A DNA stretch of 64,000 bases from an uncultured bacterium (GCA_963720265.1 CAVRET010000002.1:328704-392703), one strand, 5' to 3'. Positions 19,960 to 29,240 are shown, counted from the stretch's first letter. Notes: generated from the letters alone by a model not told the origin. Numbers and translations: made by a program.

Positions 19960-20991
19960 CTAATTCCGACTCCCCGGTTCTTCCAGGACCCGCTCCAGAA
20001 TCTTGGTGATGCGATCGTTCGCTTCCTGTAGCTGCTTGCGTTGCTGTGTCCGCGTCACCAGCTCACGCTTAATCTTATTGCCCGCCGCTGCCAGCGCCTG
20101 CGTTTGCCGCAGGAGCTTACGCCTCGCCGCTTCCCGCTCGTCAATGATGATAGCCATCAGTAAACCGCTGACGGTTATTAGCATTACATACAAAAGCATA
20201 AATATCAGCCGCTCCTCAATCGAAGCCAATCCCCCAAACGGCCCGTAACCAGCCGCCGTGCCCAAGATCGCAAACACCGACACGGTAACACTGACGGTCG
20301 CTACCCCGAGTTGGGCAAATCGCAGCGCACCCCAGATTACCAACGGAAACGTTATATAGGCAATTGGATAAACATAGCCCAGCGGTGAAAAGAAAACCGT
20401 GGCGGCTACCAGCCCTGTGCTTACCAGCAGTATGACAGCCTCGATCATGCGACCTTTTAGTGCCGCCCGCCGCTCCGCGCTCAGCCACACCAGCAAAAAC
20501 GGCGCAAACAGTACATCGCCGGCCATATCGCCAAACCACCATAATAGCCACGCCATCGGCCAAGCCGACATGGTAAGCAGGCCACCGGCCATCAGACTGG
20601 CTGTCCCAATCGTTGCGGCAATCATGGTGCTACCGACCGCCGCTAATGTCAGCAACGCCAGCATATCCCGCATGCGTGAAAGATTAGGCCGGAAACTCAC
20701 CACTTTCATAAGCAGCCAGGCGCCGACCACTGCCTCCAGCGTGTTGCCGGCCGCAATCCCGGTCGCCACCCCGGCGGATTCGTGTGTCAGCCAATTGGCC
20801 ACTAAAGCTCCAACAAAAACACCGGGCCAAACCCGGTAGCCCAGTAATAACACAGCCACGAGTGCCAAGCCGGTCGGCGGCCATACCGAGGTGATCTGCT
20901 TAACCGAAAAAGCCAGCGACAAGCCTAACTTTGCCGCCACGATGTAAGCTACTGCCAAGCCCACTAGCTGGGCTATGTACTTCACCCTCAT
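19960..20991 (-). CDS. MASE1 sensor-domain membrane protein with C-terminal coiled coil, no recognisable output domain
   Basis: 'SVWPPTGLALVAVLLLGYRVWPGVFVGALVANWL' MASE1-like TM core; C-terminal 'RKLLRQTQALAAAGNKIKRELVTRTQQRKQLQEANDRITKILE'. Confidence 0.45.
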   Translation of the reverse strand: MRVKYIAQLVGLAVAYIVAAKLGLSLAFSVKQITSVWPPTGLALVAVLLLGYRVWPGVFVGALVANWLTHESAGVATGIAAGNTLEAVVGAWLLMKVVSFRPNLSRMRDMLALLTLAAVGSTMIAATIGTASLMAGGLLTMSAWPMAWLLWWFGDMAGDVLFAPFLLVWLSAERRAALKGRMIEAVILLVSTGLVAATVFFSPLGYVYPIAYITFPLVIWGALRFAQLGVATVSVTVSVFAILGTAAGYGPFGGLASIEERLIFMLLYVMLITVSGLLMAIIIDEREAARRKLLRQTQALAAAGNKIKRELVTRTQQRKQLQEANDRITKILERVLEEPGSRN

Positions 20992-20999
20992 TAATTTGA

Positions 21000-21413
21000 T
21001 TATACGCCTATGGTTATGCACTCCCGGCACACGCCGCTGATCTCAATCTGGTGGCTCCGCGGCTCAATATCATGCAACCTGGCTAGCGCCTCCAGTCGCT
21101 CCTCAAGCTCCGGATCTTCCACGCTCACCGACCGGCCGCACCGCACACACGAAATATGGTGGTGATGGCTATCAAACGTGTCCACCAGCTCAACCATCTT
21201 GCGCCCGCCCATAATGACGTCCTGAATCACCCCGAGTTTGCGAAATAACGTCAGGGTCCGATAAATACTGGCTCGGTCCATACCTTTGTTATCAGCCACG
21301 ATCGCGCTCAAACTTGCCGGGTCATTGGCTTGCATATAGCGAAACAACTGGGTGCGCGGGCTGGTCACACTATAGCCCTGTTCCTGCAAATGGCGCTTAA
21401 AAGCTTCTAGCAT
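21000..21413 (-). CDS. Fur-family metalloregulator (Zur-like by context)
   Basis: 'HHHHISCVRCGRSVSVEDPELEERLE' Fur C-terminal metal-site motif; divergent from metal ABC importer. Confidence 0.75.
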   Translation of the reverse strand: MLEAFKRHLQEQGYSVTSPRTQLFRYMQANDPASLSAIVADNKGMDRASIYRTLTLFRKLGVIQDVIMGGRKMVELVDTFDSHHHHISCVRCGRSVSVEDPELEERLEALARLHDIEPRSHQIEISGVCRECITIGV

Positions 21414-21430
21414 GATGCAATTATAGTAAG

Positions 21431-21451
21431 AATTGCAACAAATTTGCAATT
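21431..21451. promoter_or_regulatory. Perfect 8-5-8 palindrome AATTGCAA-CAAAT-TTGCAATT in the divergent regulator/importer intergenic region; candidate Fur/Zur operator
   Basis: Read directly from sequence; position between regulator start (21413) and SBP start (21483). Confidence 0.45.
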
Positions 21452-21482
21452 TACGCCCAAGCACACTATGGTTTGAGCAACT

Positions 21483-22424
21483 ATGAACTCACGCACAGCC
21501 CCCAAGCGACAGCCCCGCGACCGCGCCGTTTGGCTGGTCGGGCTGTTGCTCGCACTAATAATCCTATCTGTGCTGGCGCTCCTCATCATCGCGCACCGTT
21601 CGTCCCAGGCCACCTCGCGTCAGGTTCACGTTGTGGCAGCCGAAAACTTCTGGGGTAACATAGCCGCGCAAATCGGTGGCAGTAAAGTCATGGTTACATC
21701 GATCATCACCAATCCCAATGCCGACCCCCACCTCTACGAATCCGACGCTCACGATGCCGCTTCCGTTGCTACTGCCAACGTTGTCGTCGAAAACGGCCTT
21801 GGCTACGATGATTTTATGAGCAAACTACTGGCCGCCTCACCCAATAGCCGGCGCACGGTTGTCTCGGCCCAACAAGTACTGGGCGTAACCGGCGCCGACC
21901 CAAACCCGCACCTCTGGTACGACACTCCCCGCGTCCCCACCGTGGCTGCGGCCATTGAACAAGCGCTCGCCGCCAAAGATCCCGCCGACGCCGACTATTT
22001 CCGTGCCAACCTTACCACCTTTGACCAATCATTAACGCCGATTCTAAACATCATTGCCGAGATTAAAACCCGGTACCCCAATACTCCCGTCGCCTACACC
22101 GAGCGCGTACCCGGCTATCTCTTGAACGCCGCCGGCTTAAGCGTCAAAACCCCGCCCGGCTTTGCCTCGGCCGTTGAGGACGGCACCGACCCTAGCCCGT
22201 CCGACACCCTAGCTTTCGACTCGCTTATCACTTCACACAGCATTAAAGTATTACTATACAACGCGCAAACGATCTCCAGTGTTACCCAACAGATCAGCGA
22301 TCTGGCGACCAGCAACCATATTCCGGTTGTGCCCGTTACCGAAACGATGCCGGCTGGCGTTCCAACCTATCAGGCCTGGCAGTTAGACCAAGCCAAAGCA
22401 TTATTAACCGCCCTCGGAGGCTAA
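21483..22424 (+). CDS. Metal ABC transporter substrate-binding protein (ZnuA/TroA cluster-9 family)
   Basis: 'AENFWGNIAAQIGG...TNPNADPHLYE' motif, His-rich metal site, signal anchor. Confidence 0.8.
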   Translation: MNSRTAPKRQPRDRAVWLVGLLLALIILSVLALLIIAHRSSQATSRQVHVVAAENFWGNIAAQIGGSKVMVTSIITNPNADPHLYESDAHDAASVATANVVVENGLGYDDFMSKLLAASPNSRRTVVSAQQVLGVTGADPNPHLWYDTPRVPTVAAAIEQALAAKDPADADYFRANLTTFDQSLTPILNIIAEIKTRYPNTPVAYTERVPGYLLNAAGLSVKTPPGFASAVEDGTDPSPSDTLAFDSLITSHSIKVLLYNAQTISSVTQQISDLATSNHIPVVPVTETMPAGVPTYQAWQLDQAKALLTALGG

Positions 22425-23275
22425 TGGCAACCAAGGTCCGCGCCGCCCAAGTCGCAGCCGTAACCATCAACACGGCCGCCCTCAGTCTCGGCGGCCGTGA
22501 GCTTTGGCATGACCTCAATCTAACAGTCGGCCGCGGCGAATTTCTGGCTGTACTAGGCCCCAATGGGTCGGGCAAAACGAGTCTACTCCGCGCTCTGCTT
22601 GGGCTGGGCGAGCTTACCAAAGGCAGTATTGAGATTTTTGGTCAGGCTCCGCGCCAGGCGCGCAATCGTATCGGCTATGTGCCACAGCAAAAGGGTTTTG
22701 ACCCAGATCTGCCTATCCGCGGCCGTGACCTTGTGCATTTCGGTCTCGACGGGAACCGCTATGGTTTCGGCATTCACGGCCGCCGCACCGCCGCACGAGT
22801 CGACGAGGCCATTGCCGCAGTTGGCGCCACCGCTTTTGCTGATGCACCCATCGGCCTCCTGTCCGGTGGCGAGCAGCAACGTCTGCGCATTGCCCAGGCC
22901 CTGCTCACCGATCCCGACCTGCTGCTATGCGATGAGCCACTCCTCTCACTCGACCTCTCGCACCAGCAAACCATAAGCACACTCATCGACGAGCGCCGCC
23001 GTCAGGCCGGCACGGCGGTGGTCTTCGTCACCCACGACATCAACCCTATTTTGCCCATGGTCGACCGAGTGCTCTACCTTGTAGGCAATCGCTGGGCCGT
23101 TGGCGAGCCGGAAGTCGTGCTCACAAGCGAACGTCTAACTGATCTCTATGCCGCCCCGGTCGACGTTATGCGTGTGCGCGGCCGCATTGTGGTCGTGGGC
23201 GCCGGCGAGCCGGAGCTTACCGGCGGAGAGCGGCATCATCATGACCAAACTCACAAAGCCGAGGAGACAGCCTGA
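22424..23275 (+). CDS. Metal ABC transporter ATP-binding protein (ZnuC-like)
   Basis: Walker A 'GPNGSGKTS', 'LSGGEQQRLRIA', 'LLLCDEP'. Confidence 0.85.
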   Translation: MATKVRAAQVAAVTINTAALSLGGRELWHDLNLTVGRGEFLAVLGPNGSGKTSLLRALLGLGELTKGSIEIFGQAPRQARNRIGYVPQQKGFDPDLPIRGRDLVHFGLDGNRYGFGIHGRRTAARVDEAIAAVGATAFADAPIGLLSGGEQQRLRIAQALLTDPDLLLCDEPLLSLDLSHQQTISTLIDERRRQAGTAVVFVTHDINPILPMVDRVLYLVGNRWAVGEPEVVLTSERLTDLYAAPVDVMRVRGRIVVVGAGEPELTGGERHHHDQTHKAEETA

Positions 23276-24105
23276 TGGGTCTGGGGTTTTATCTAAATCA
23301 GGCTTTCGTTCTGCACTCCCTGCTAGCCGCCGGCCTAGTCGCAATTAGTTGCGGCCTGATCGGGCCGTTTGTGATCAGTCGCGGCATGGCGTTTGCGGTC
23401 CATGGCACAAGTGAACTGGCCTTCACCGGCGCTGCCGCAGGCCTGCTGGTGGACGGCAATCCCATCGCCGGCGCCCTAGCCGGTGCCCTCATCTTCGCCA
23501 CTATCATCGGTCTACTCGGCGTGCGCCAACGAGAACGCGATTCGTCAATTGGTGTGATCCTGGCCTTTGGTCTTGGCCTGGGCGTGTTGTTGCTGAGCTT
23601 CTACCACGGCTTCGCCTCCGAAGCCACAAACATCCTGTTTGGCAATATCTTCGGCGTCAGCTTAGGCCAGCTGGTACTGCTGCTTGCCATTAGCGTTATG
23701 GTAATCATTGCCATGGGCCTGCTCTATCGGCCACTCTTGTTTTCCTCCATTGATCCCGAAGTGGCAGTTGCCAAAGGCGTGCCAGTGCGGGGCTTGGGTA
23801 TCGTGTTCTTGCTCATCCTGGCGCTCACTGTTACCGCCGCGGCCCAAATTGTGGGCACGCTGCTCGTCTTAAGCCTGGCTATCACACCGGCCGCCGCAGC
23901 GCAGCGGCTCAGTGCCCGGCCCGGGGTCGTCACCGCGCTGTCAATAATATTTGCACTCATCGCCAGCCTCGGCGGCCTCATCGCCAGCCTGGCCGTGGCC
24001 GGTGGCACCGTCAAGCCCAGTGTTTTCATTACCTCCATCAGTTTTGCCATCTATATCATCGCCCGATTAGCCGGCCCGCTGTTTCGCGAGCGCCGGCCCG
24101 ATTAA
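23275..24105 (+). CDS. Metal ABC transporter permease (ZnuB-like)
   Basis: 8 TM, ABC-3 family architecture, immediately after ATPase. Confidence 0.8.
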   Translation: MGLGFYLNQAFVLHSLLAAGLVAISCGLIGPFVISRGMAFAVHGTSELAFTGAAAGLLVDGNPIAGALAGALIFATIIGLLGVRQRERDSSIGVILAFGLGLGVLLLSFYHGFASEATNILFGNIFGVSLGQLVLLLAISVMVIIAMGLLYRPLLFSSIDPEVAVAKGVPVRGLGIVFLLILALTVTAAAQIVGTLLVLSLAITPAAAAQRLSARPGVVTALSIIFALIASLGGLIASLAVAGGTVKPSVFITSISFAIYIIARLAGPLFRERRPD

Positions 24106-24124
24106 TTCAGTCTATAATGGGCAC

Positions 24125-24556
24125 ATGAGCAGCATCGAACAAGCCATCGCCGCTTTTGGGCTAGGCGTCGTACTGGTAATGGCACTGGCCTACGTGGCCT
24201 ACATGATCGGCCTCATCTTGGTCCTGCGCAAACTCGGCCGCCTGTCCTGGTACGCCTTCATTCCCTTGCTTAACTATTACGCCCAAGTCCGGGCCATCAA
24301 CGCGCCGCGCCGCTGGTTTTTGCTGTCCTTACCGCCCTACATCGGCGCCGTCTATGCCGGCTCAGTCGCCATTCGCCTCGGTTCAATCTTTGGCCGCGGC
24401 CCAGCCTTTTCGCTCGTCTGGCTGACTATTGGCGCACCCGTTGGCATGTTTATACTTGCCTTCTCAAAAACACCCATCAACCACGATATTCTGGCGAACG
24501 AAGCCAAACTCATCGACATCAAGGCGGCGAAGCACCACGCCAAATCAGAAGGCTAG
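24125..24556 (+). CDS. Small membrane protein, unknown function
   Basis: Three hydrophobic segments; no recognisable motif. Confidence 0.3.
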   Translation: MSSIEQAIAAFGLGVVLVMALAYVAYMIGLILVLRKLGRLSWYAFIPLLNYYAQVRAINAPRRWFLLSLPPYIGAVYAGSVAIRLGSIFGRGPAFSLVWLTIGAPVGMFILAFSKTPINHDILANEAKLIDIKAAKHHAKSEG

Positions 24557-24886
24557 CGCGCCGGCCCCTGCCAACGCGACCGCTCCAAGTCTACCCGATC
24601 GCCGATCAACGCAACGCCTTCGTCGCGCAGTATTTGGATCTTCGTTGGCTCACCGTTGCCAAAAGCGTATCCGTGCATTAGCCCGTCTGAGCCCACCACC
24701 CGGTGACATGGCACCCGCGCTGGATTCACATTGTGCTTCATCGCGTTGCCGACCGCCCGCGCCGCCGACCGCCCGCGCCGCCTGCGGACTTCCCGCCCAT
24801 ACCGCTACATCGGCGTACGTCGCTACCTTGCCAGTCGGAATTTGTGCCACAACGTCGTACACCTTACTCGTAAAATTCGCTCCCAT
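24553..24886 (-). pseudogene. ogt: Methylated-DNA-protein-cysteine methyltransferase (Ogt/MGMT) disrupted by frameshift
   Basis: Two adjacent minus-strand ORFs carry the N-terminal ('VYDVVAQIPTGKVATYADVA...AVGGA') and C-terminal ('NPARVPCHRVVGSDG') halves of MGMT; removing one copy of a 16-bp tandem duplicate restores 'AVGNAMKHNVNPARVPCHRVV'. Confidence 0.7.
24748..24779. repeat. Perfect 16-bp tandem duplication (GCCGACCGCCCGCGCC x2) causing the ogt frameshift
   Basis: Read directly at 24748-24763 and 24764-24779. Confidence 0.85.
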
Positions 24887-24890
24887 AATC

Positions 24891-25364
24891 CTAATACCCA
24901 GCCGGCGGTCGCTTGCCGCCCGACAATTTCTCAAGCCCCAGCGCGTTCACACGTCCCTGCACCGTTTCCACCGCTTGGTGAAACTCATCCAGTTCGACTC
25001 CGTATTTTGCCACTACCTGCTCATCAATAAAGCTCTGCGTTTTCGCAAAATCGTTCTTAAACTGCTGGTTAATATCCTTCCACGCAAATCCGCTCAAATA
25101 TTCAGCCAGCTTCGGGTCATACTCCACCACGCGGAGCGCTAGCAGCACCGCCACACTCGGATAGCCCAAGTATCCTTGCCAGAATGAGCCGTTGTCGTTC
25201 GCGGTAATCATATGCTGCTCCGGGTCGTACGCCACGTCGTAGTACTTATTTCCACTCGACGAATATACCTTGGCCGTATTGCCATCGAGCTTGACCCGTC
25301 CGTCACCCAAGCTGCCCAGAGCTTCATATACCTTAATTATCGGCGCCGGCTTCCACTTCATCAT
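24891..25364 (-). CDS. Hypothetical protein (start uncertain; ORF extends to 25433)
   Basis: Long ORF with ordinary composition, no recognised motif. Confidence 0.3.
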   Translation of the reverse strand: MMKWKPAPIIKVYEALGSLGDGRVKLDGNTAKVYSSSGNKYYDVAYDPEQHMITANDNGSFWQGYLGYPSVAVLLALRVVEYDPKLAEYLSGFAWKDINQQFKNDFAKTQSFIDEQVVAKYGVELDEFHQAVETVQGRVNALGLEKLSGGKRPPAGY

Positions 25365-25433
25365 CGCAACCACTTGTTCCTTTATCTCGAGTATAAACCT
25401 TGCAGCCCAACCGCCGCGTGCCACAATAGCCAC

Positions 25434-25982
25434 ATGTTCATCCGGGAACTTTCTACCGCCGACCCGTCGGTCAAGTTGGTCAAACCAAATGCCGCGCGCG
25501 ACGCGGCTCTTAGCGTCGAGTGGCTGGCCGATCCAACCGACCGGGAGACACTGGCCTTAATGGGCGTCACCGACCGAAGCAACCAGCCCTCCACACTGAA
25601 GCAAGAGCAAGCGAGAATCGCCGGCTTCCTAACGGGCAACGATACCTACAACTGGATGATCAAGGTGGACGCTAGCATCGTCGGCGCAATTTGGGCCGAC
25701 CTCAAGCCAACCACCAACATTAATGCACCGGCCATCTCGGTCATGATTGGCGACCTCGCCGTCCGTGGTCGTGGTATCGGCCGGCTCGCACTGGCGGCTG
25801 TGGTAAGCTTTCTTGAAAGCGAGGGCCATGCCATTGTCTATGCGCGCCACCTTGTCGCCAACCACGCTAGCGCCGCCCTCTTAAAACGGCTCGGGTTTCA
25901 ACCCGCCGGCCCGGCCTACCATGATGCCGACGGCCTCACTTGGCAAAACCTCGCTCATTCGCGCATCCACCCGTCGTCATAA
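25434..25982 (+). CDS. GNAT-family N-acetyltransferase
   Basis: 'IGDLAVRGRGIGRLALAAVVSFLESEGHAIVYARHLVANHASAALLKRLGF' acetyl-CoA binding motif A (R/Q-x-x-G-x-G/A). Confidence 0.65.
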   Translation: MFIRELSTADPSVKLVKPNAARDAALSVEWLADPTDRETLALMGVTDRSNQPSTLKQEQARIAGFLTGNDTYNWMIKVDASIVGAIWADLKPTTNINAPAISVMIGDLAVRGRGIGRLALAAVVSFLESEGHAIVYARHLVANHASAALLKRLGFQPAGPAYHDADGLTWQNLAHSRIHPSS

Positions 25983-26036
25983 CCTCGTCGCCCTCACCTC
26001 ATCGGTTTGCGTTGCACTGTGTAGTACGATGGGCAT

Positions 26037-26348
26037 ATGACCAAAGAAGAAATAGCCGGCGGTACGGTGCATCAGCTGCCGCCAGACTTAAAGATTGCTC
26101 TCACATCCGCCCCAGCAGCACGGGCAGCCTGGGAAAGCCTTACGCCGCTGGCACGCAATGAGTGGATTTGCTGGGATATTAGTGTCAAACAATCAGAAAC
26201 CAGAAAAAATCACATCGAGCGGACTGTCACGGAGTTGCAAGAGGGGAAGCGCCGACCTTGTTGCTGGCTAGGTTGCATCCACCGCACAGACAAAGCGATA
26301 AGTCCATCAGTGCAGTGGGTACTCGCGAAACGATCCAGGCCCAATTAA
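26037..26348 (+). CDS. YdeI/OmdA-family (bacteriocin-protection-like) small protein
   Basis: 'LTPLARNEWICWDISVKQSETRKNHIERTVTELQEGK' resembles the OmdA/YdeI domain. Confidence 0.5.
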   Translation: MTKEEIAGGTVHQLPPDLKIALTSAPAARAAWESLTPLARNEWICWDISVKQSETRKNHIERTVTELQEGKRRPCCWLGCIHRTDKAISPSVQWVLAKRSRPN

Positions 26349-26380
26349 CTAATGAAGAAGCCTTTCGACGCCTTAAAGCA

Positions 26381-27085
26381 TTAAAAAGACGCCTGGGGAT
26401 GCTTTGCATCTAACCAAAAACACTCCACCAGGCCTCCGCAATATCGTTGCGCTAGCTTGCCTAGCTCTTGTTGGGCGGCGTAAAGCTCGTCATCCGTTAC
26501 CGGGTTTAATGCTTCGAGCACAAGGATGCAGTTTGTCGTATCGCTGGTGAGCACAGTCCGCGCAACTTCTCGCCAATTCCAACGGCGGCAGATCGTCCCC
26601 ATATCATCCTCGTAGATAATCTCTCCCTCAGCCGGGGCCTGGGCTGCGTCCTTGCCAAGAACGGTCACTGGTGTTGCATCCGTCGTAGCATAGGTGAGCC
26701 GTAAATCGCCGGTCATCTTGTCGATGTCTTCGCCACCGGCCGGCAGCATGTGCTTAAGCGAGATGTAATTGTAAATGTCAACCAGCGGATTAATGCTTGC
26801 CACGCCACCACCCTTAGCAACACGTTTGTATAACGCCTCAACCGAACTCGGGTAATCCTTGGCTTTGACTCCGAATACACGATAGGCTGCACGCCAGGCC
26901 GCAATCTTTGGGAGCTGGGAGACTGCCTGCTGTGCGTACTCTGTTTCAAGAGCTGCTGCGAGCGCCTGTAGCCCGTGTTCAAACGCCGAGATATCAGCTC
27001 GATTATTGGCGTTTCTGATAACCGTTACGGCTATCCGCGGATTGTCAAACGTATCGAAAATCTTTTGATCTATAGTTAGCTTCAT
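26381..27085 (-). CDS. B3/B4 tRNA-binding domain protein (PheT-related stand-alone)
   Basis: 'AAWRAAYRVFGVKAKDYPSSVEALYKRVAKGGGVASINPLVDIYNYISLKHMLPAGGEDIDK' B3_4 core. Confidence 0.55.
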   Translation of the reverse strand: MKLTIDQKIFDTFDNPRIAVTVIRNANNRADISAFEHGLQALAAALETEYAQQAVSQLPKIAAWRAAYRVFGVKAKDYPSSVEALYKRVAKGGGVASINPLVDIYNYISLKHMLPAGGEDIDKMTGDLRLTYATTDATPVTVLGKDAAQAPAEGEIIYEDDMGTICRRWNWREVARTVLTSDTTNCILVLEALNPVTDDELYAAQQELGKLAQRYCGGLVECFWLDAKHPQASF

Positions 27086-27284
27086 GACCGCCAGTCTATC
27101 GTTACCAGGCAATCTAGTAAATGTACAAGAAAAATATCTGATTACTCACAGAATCCATGCACTAAGTATACCAACAGCTCTGTTTAAATTAGTGCAAGGC
27201 CGACCCCTAAAAGCGAAACCAAAAAGAAATTGTAAAGAGGGCGGGGCCATCAGGCCCCGCCCATGTAACGAGCAACCTTGACTG

Positions 27285-27668
27285 TCAGCAGTCCGGTGTG
27301 GCCTGCAGGCCGATCTGTTCGGCGAGGGTCACGTTCAGATCCTCAGACGTGAGGGCACAGATCGGCGCGCAGCAGTTGTACAGGCCGAAGGCTGCGCCGA
27401 AGTGTCTGGTGAGTACGCCACGGGCGATGTCGGTACCGAGAAGCCGGCTGAGCTGACCGCCGAGTGGCGAGTGCGGGTCTTCTCGTTGCAGCAGACGCTG
27501 TCCACTGGCGCGAACCTTGGCCACCAGCTCGGCGATGTACGCGAAGCCGAGGGGCAGGTCCTGCTCGAACGCTTCCACGAACGCCGCGTCGAGTGCACCC
27601 TGGTCGGCTGTATCAGGGTCGGTAATGCCACGACGTGCGAGGATAGCGCCGAGGGACTGATATGACAT
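27285..27668 (-). CDS. Hypothetical protein with 'CCAPIC' cysteine cluster, downstream of CooC-like ATPase
   Basis: ORF with ordinary composition; Cys-x-x-x-Cys cluster; start chosen at ATG 27668. Confidence 0.3.
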   Translation of the reverse strand: MSYQSLGAILARRGITDPDTADQGALDAAFVEAFEQDLPLGFAYIAELVAKVRASGQRLLQREDPHSPLGGQLSRLLGTDIARGVLTRHFGAAFGLYNCCAPICALTSEDLNVTLAEQIGLQATPDC

Positions 27669-27735
27669 GACGGGCCTTTCTAACTCGTGCTGGCCGTGTT
27701 GCCAGCTAGCGACCATTCAGCTGCATGGCCCTTAG

Positions 27736-28704
27736 CTAATAACCGGTCTGATGAACAAGTTCAGGAGTGAGCTTGAAATCCGGGTCGATCTGCTTGGTTA
27801 GATCAGCACCGGCGGCTTCATTGGCCCAACTGGCAGCATTGCGGCGGTGGAACGCCAGAGCCTGGGTATAGAACTTGTCCCAATCTCTGGGCATTGCGTC
27901 GAGTGTGCGTTTAATAACCTTGAGCGCCTCGAGGTTAAAGGGCTCCAGTTCGGCAAAATCACGATGTTGGCCCTTCTCTAATGAACGGACGTAATTTGAG
28001 CGCTCCAACCAGGTGAGCAAGTCATCGCCGACGTGCTGGCGCAAGAATTCAACATCTTCAACGGATTCGACCTTGTTTCCAACTACTGCGAGCTTTACAT
28101 GATGGTCTTTGGCGTAGTGTTTGTATTGCCTGTAAACGCCGACGCCCTTTAAGGTCGGCTCAGCTACGAGCACGGTAAGGTCAAACTTGGTGAACATGCC
28201 GGAGGCAAATGAGTCAGCCCCGGCTGTCATATCGACGATGATATATTCGTTTGCACCGTCGATGAGGTGGTTCAGGATAAGCTCGACGGCTCCCACTTTG
28301 GAGTGATAGCACTTAACACCGAGGTCCGACTCATTGAATGGACCGGTAGCGAGCAGTCGCACGCCGTTGATCCGCTTCTCGAAATGGTCCCAAATCGGGT
28401 TCTGCTCGCCAAGCATCAGGAGATTTGAGCCTCGTCCAGGCGGCGTGGTTTTAGCCATTTGCTCGTTCGAGACAATGCGAGAATTGCTCCCCCGCAGGTA
28501 CTCTTTGACCCGGTCAATCTCAATACCAAGCGGTGGGATACCGGCCGCAGCTTCGACCGATCCTCCAAGCGCCTGTGCCAGGTGCTGGTTAATGTCCGCG
28601 TCGATCGCCATAACGGAAAGTTTCTTACTGGCTAGGTATCGAGCAAATAGCGCGGAGGTGGTGGTTTTGCCGCTGCCGCCTTTGCCAACAAATGCAATTC
28701 TCAT
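27736..28704 (-). CDS. CooC/MinD-type P-loop NTPase (ParA/Mrp superfamily), putative metal-centre maturation ATPase
   Basis: 'MRIAFVGKGGSGKTTTSALFARYL...VMAIDADINQHLAQALG' deviant Walker A and CooC-like 'AIDAD' motif; ~80-aa C-terminal extension. Confidence 0.65.
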   Translation of the reverse strand: MRIAFVGKGGSGKTTTSALFARYLASKKLSVMAIDADINQHLAQALGGSVEAAAGIPPLGIEIDRVKEYLRGSNSRIVSNEQMAKTTPPGRGSNLLMLGEQNPIWDHFEKRINGVRLLATGPFNESDLGVKCYHSKVGAVELILNHLIDGANEYIIVDMTAGADSFASGMFTKFDLTVLVAEPTLKGVGVYRQYKHYAKDHHVKLAVVGNKVESVEDVEFLRQHVGDDLLTWLERSNYVRSLEKGQHRDFAELEPFNLEALKVIKRTLDAMPRDWDKFYTQALAFHRRNAASWANEAAGADLTKQIDPDFKLTPELVHQTGY

Positions 28705-28736
28705 GGACGTTAGCCTACTGCCCACGATGCAATGAA

Positions 28737-28751
28737 TGCAACTTAGTTGCA
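28737..28751. promoter_or_regulatory. Perfect 7-1-7 palindrome TGCAACT-T-AGTTGCA in the divergent intergenic region; candidate Fur-paralog operator, shares TTGCA core with the 21431 site
   Basis: Read directly; TATAAT at 28770-28775 just downstream. Confidence 0.45.
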
Positions 28752-28783
28752 AGTGCTACTCAATATGCATATAATTGCAGGCC

Positions 28784-29209
28784 ATGGATAAAGAAAGACT
28801 ATTTAGAGAGGCACTTAATAATGCGAACGCACGGATCAGTGCCCAGCGCCTGATTATTTTTCGTGCGCTCCTGCGCAACACGCCCGTATCGACCCTGAAA
28901 CTGGTGGAGCTGGCCGGTAAAAACGGGATTGACCGCACCACCACCTACCGGACATTAACGCTGTTCCGTAAGCTCGGAGTTGTACGTGATGTGGTGGCTG
29001 GTGGCAAGCGGTTAGTTGAACTAAGCGACGACTATCTGGCACACCATCACCACTTTTGGTGCCGTAAATGCGGCAAATTAACCGATTTTGATAGCTTGGT
29101 TGTTGAGTCCGGCTTGCGTGAAGCCGTTAAGGCCATTGGCGGCCAGATGATGTCCCATCACGTCGAGATTAGCGGCATCTGCGCGGATTGCCTGCAGAAA
29201 GCCAGGTAG
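28784..29209 (+). CDS. Fur-family metalloregulator, second paralog (Nur/Zur/PerR-like, specificity unknown)
   Basis: 'HHHHFWCRKCGKLTDFDSLVVESGLREAVKAIGGQMMSHHVEISGICADCLQ' Fur C-terminal CxxC motifs. Confidence 0.7.
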   Translation: MDKERLFREALNNANARISAQRLIIFRALLRNTPVSTLKLVELAGKNGIDRTTTYRTLTLFRKLGVVRDVVAGGKRLVELSDDYLAHHHHFWCRKCGKLTDFDSLVVESGLREAVKAIGGQMMSHHVEISGICADCLQKAR

Positions 29210-29240
29210 GCTTCTTCTCTTGAGTGCAAACGCTGGTTTA

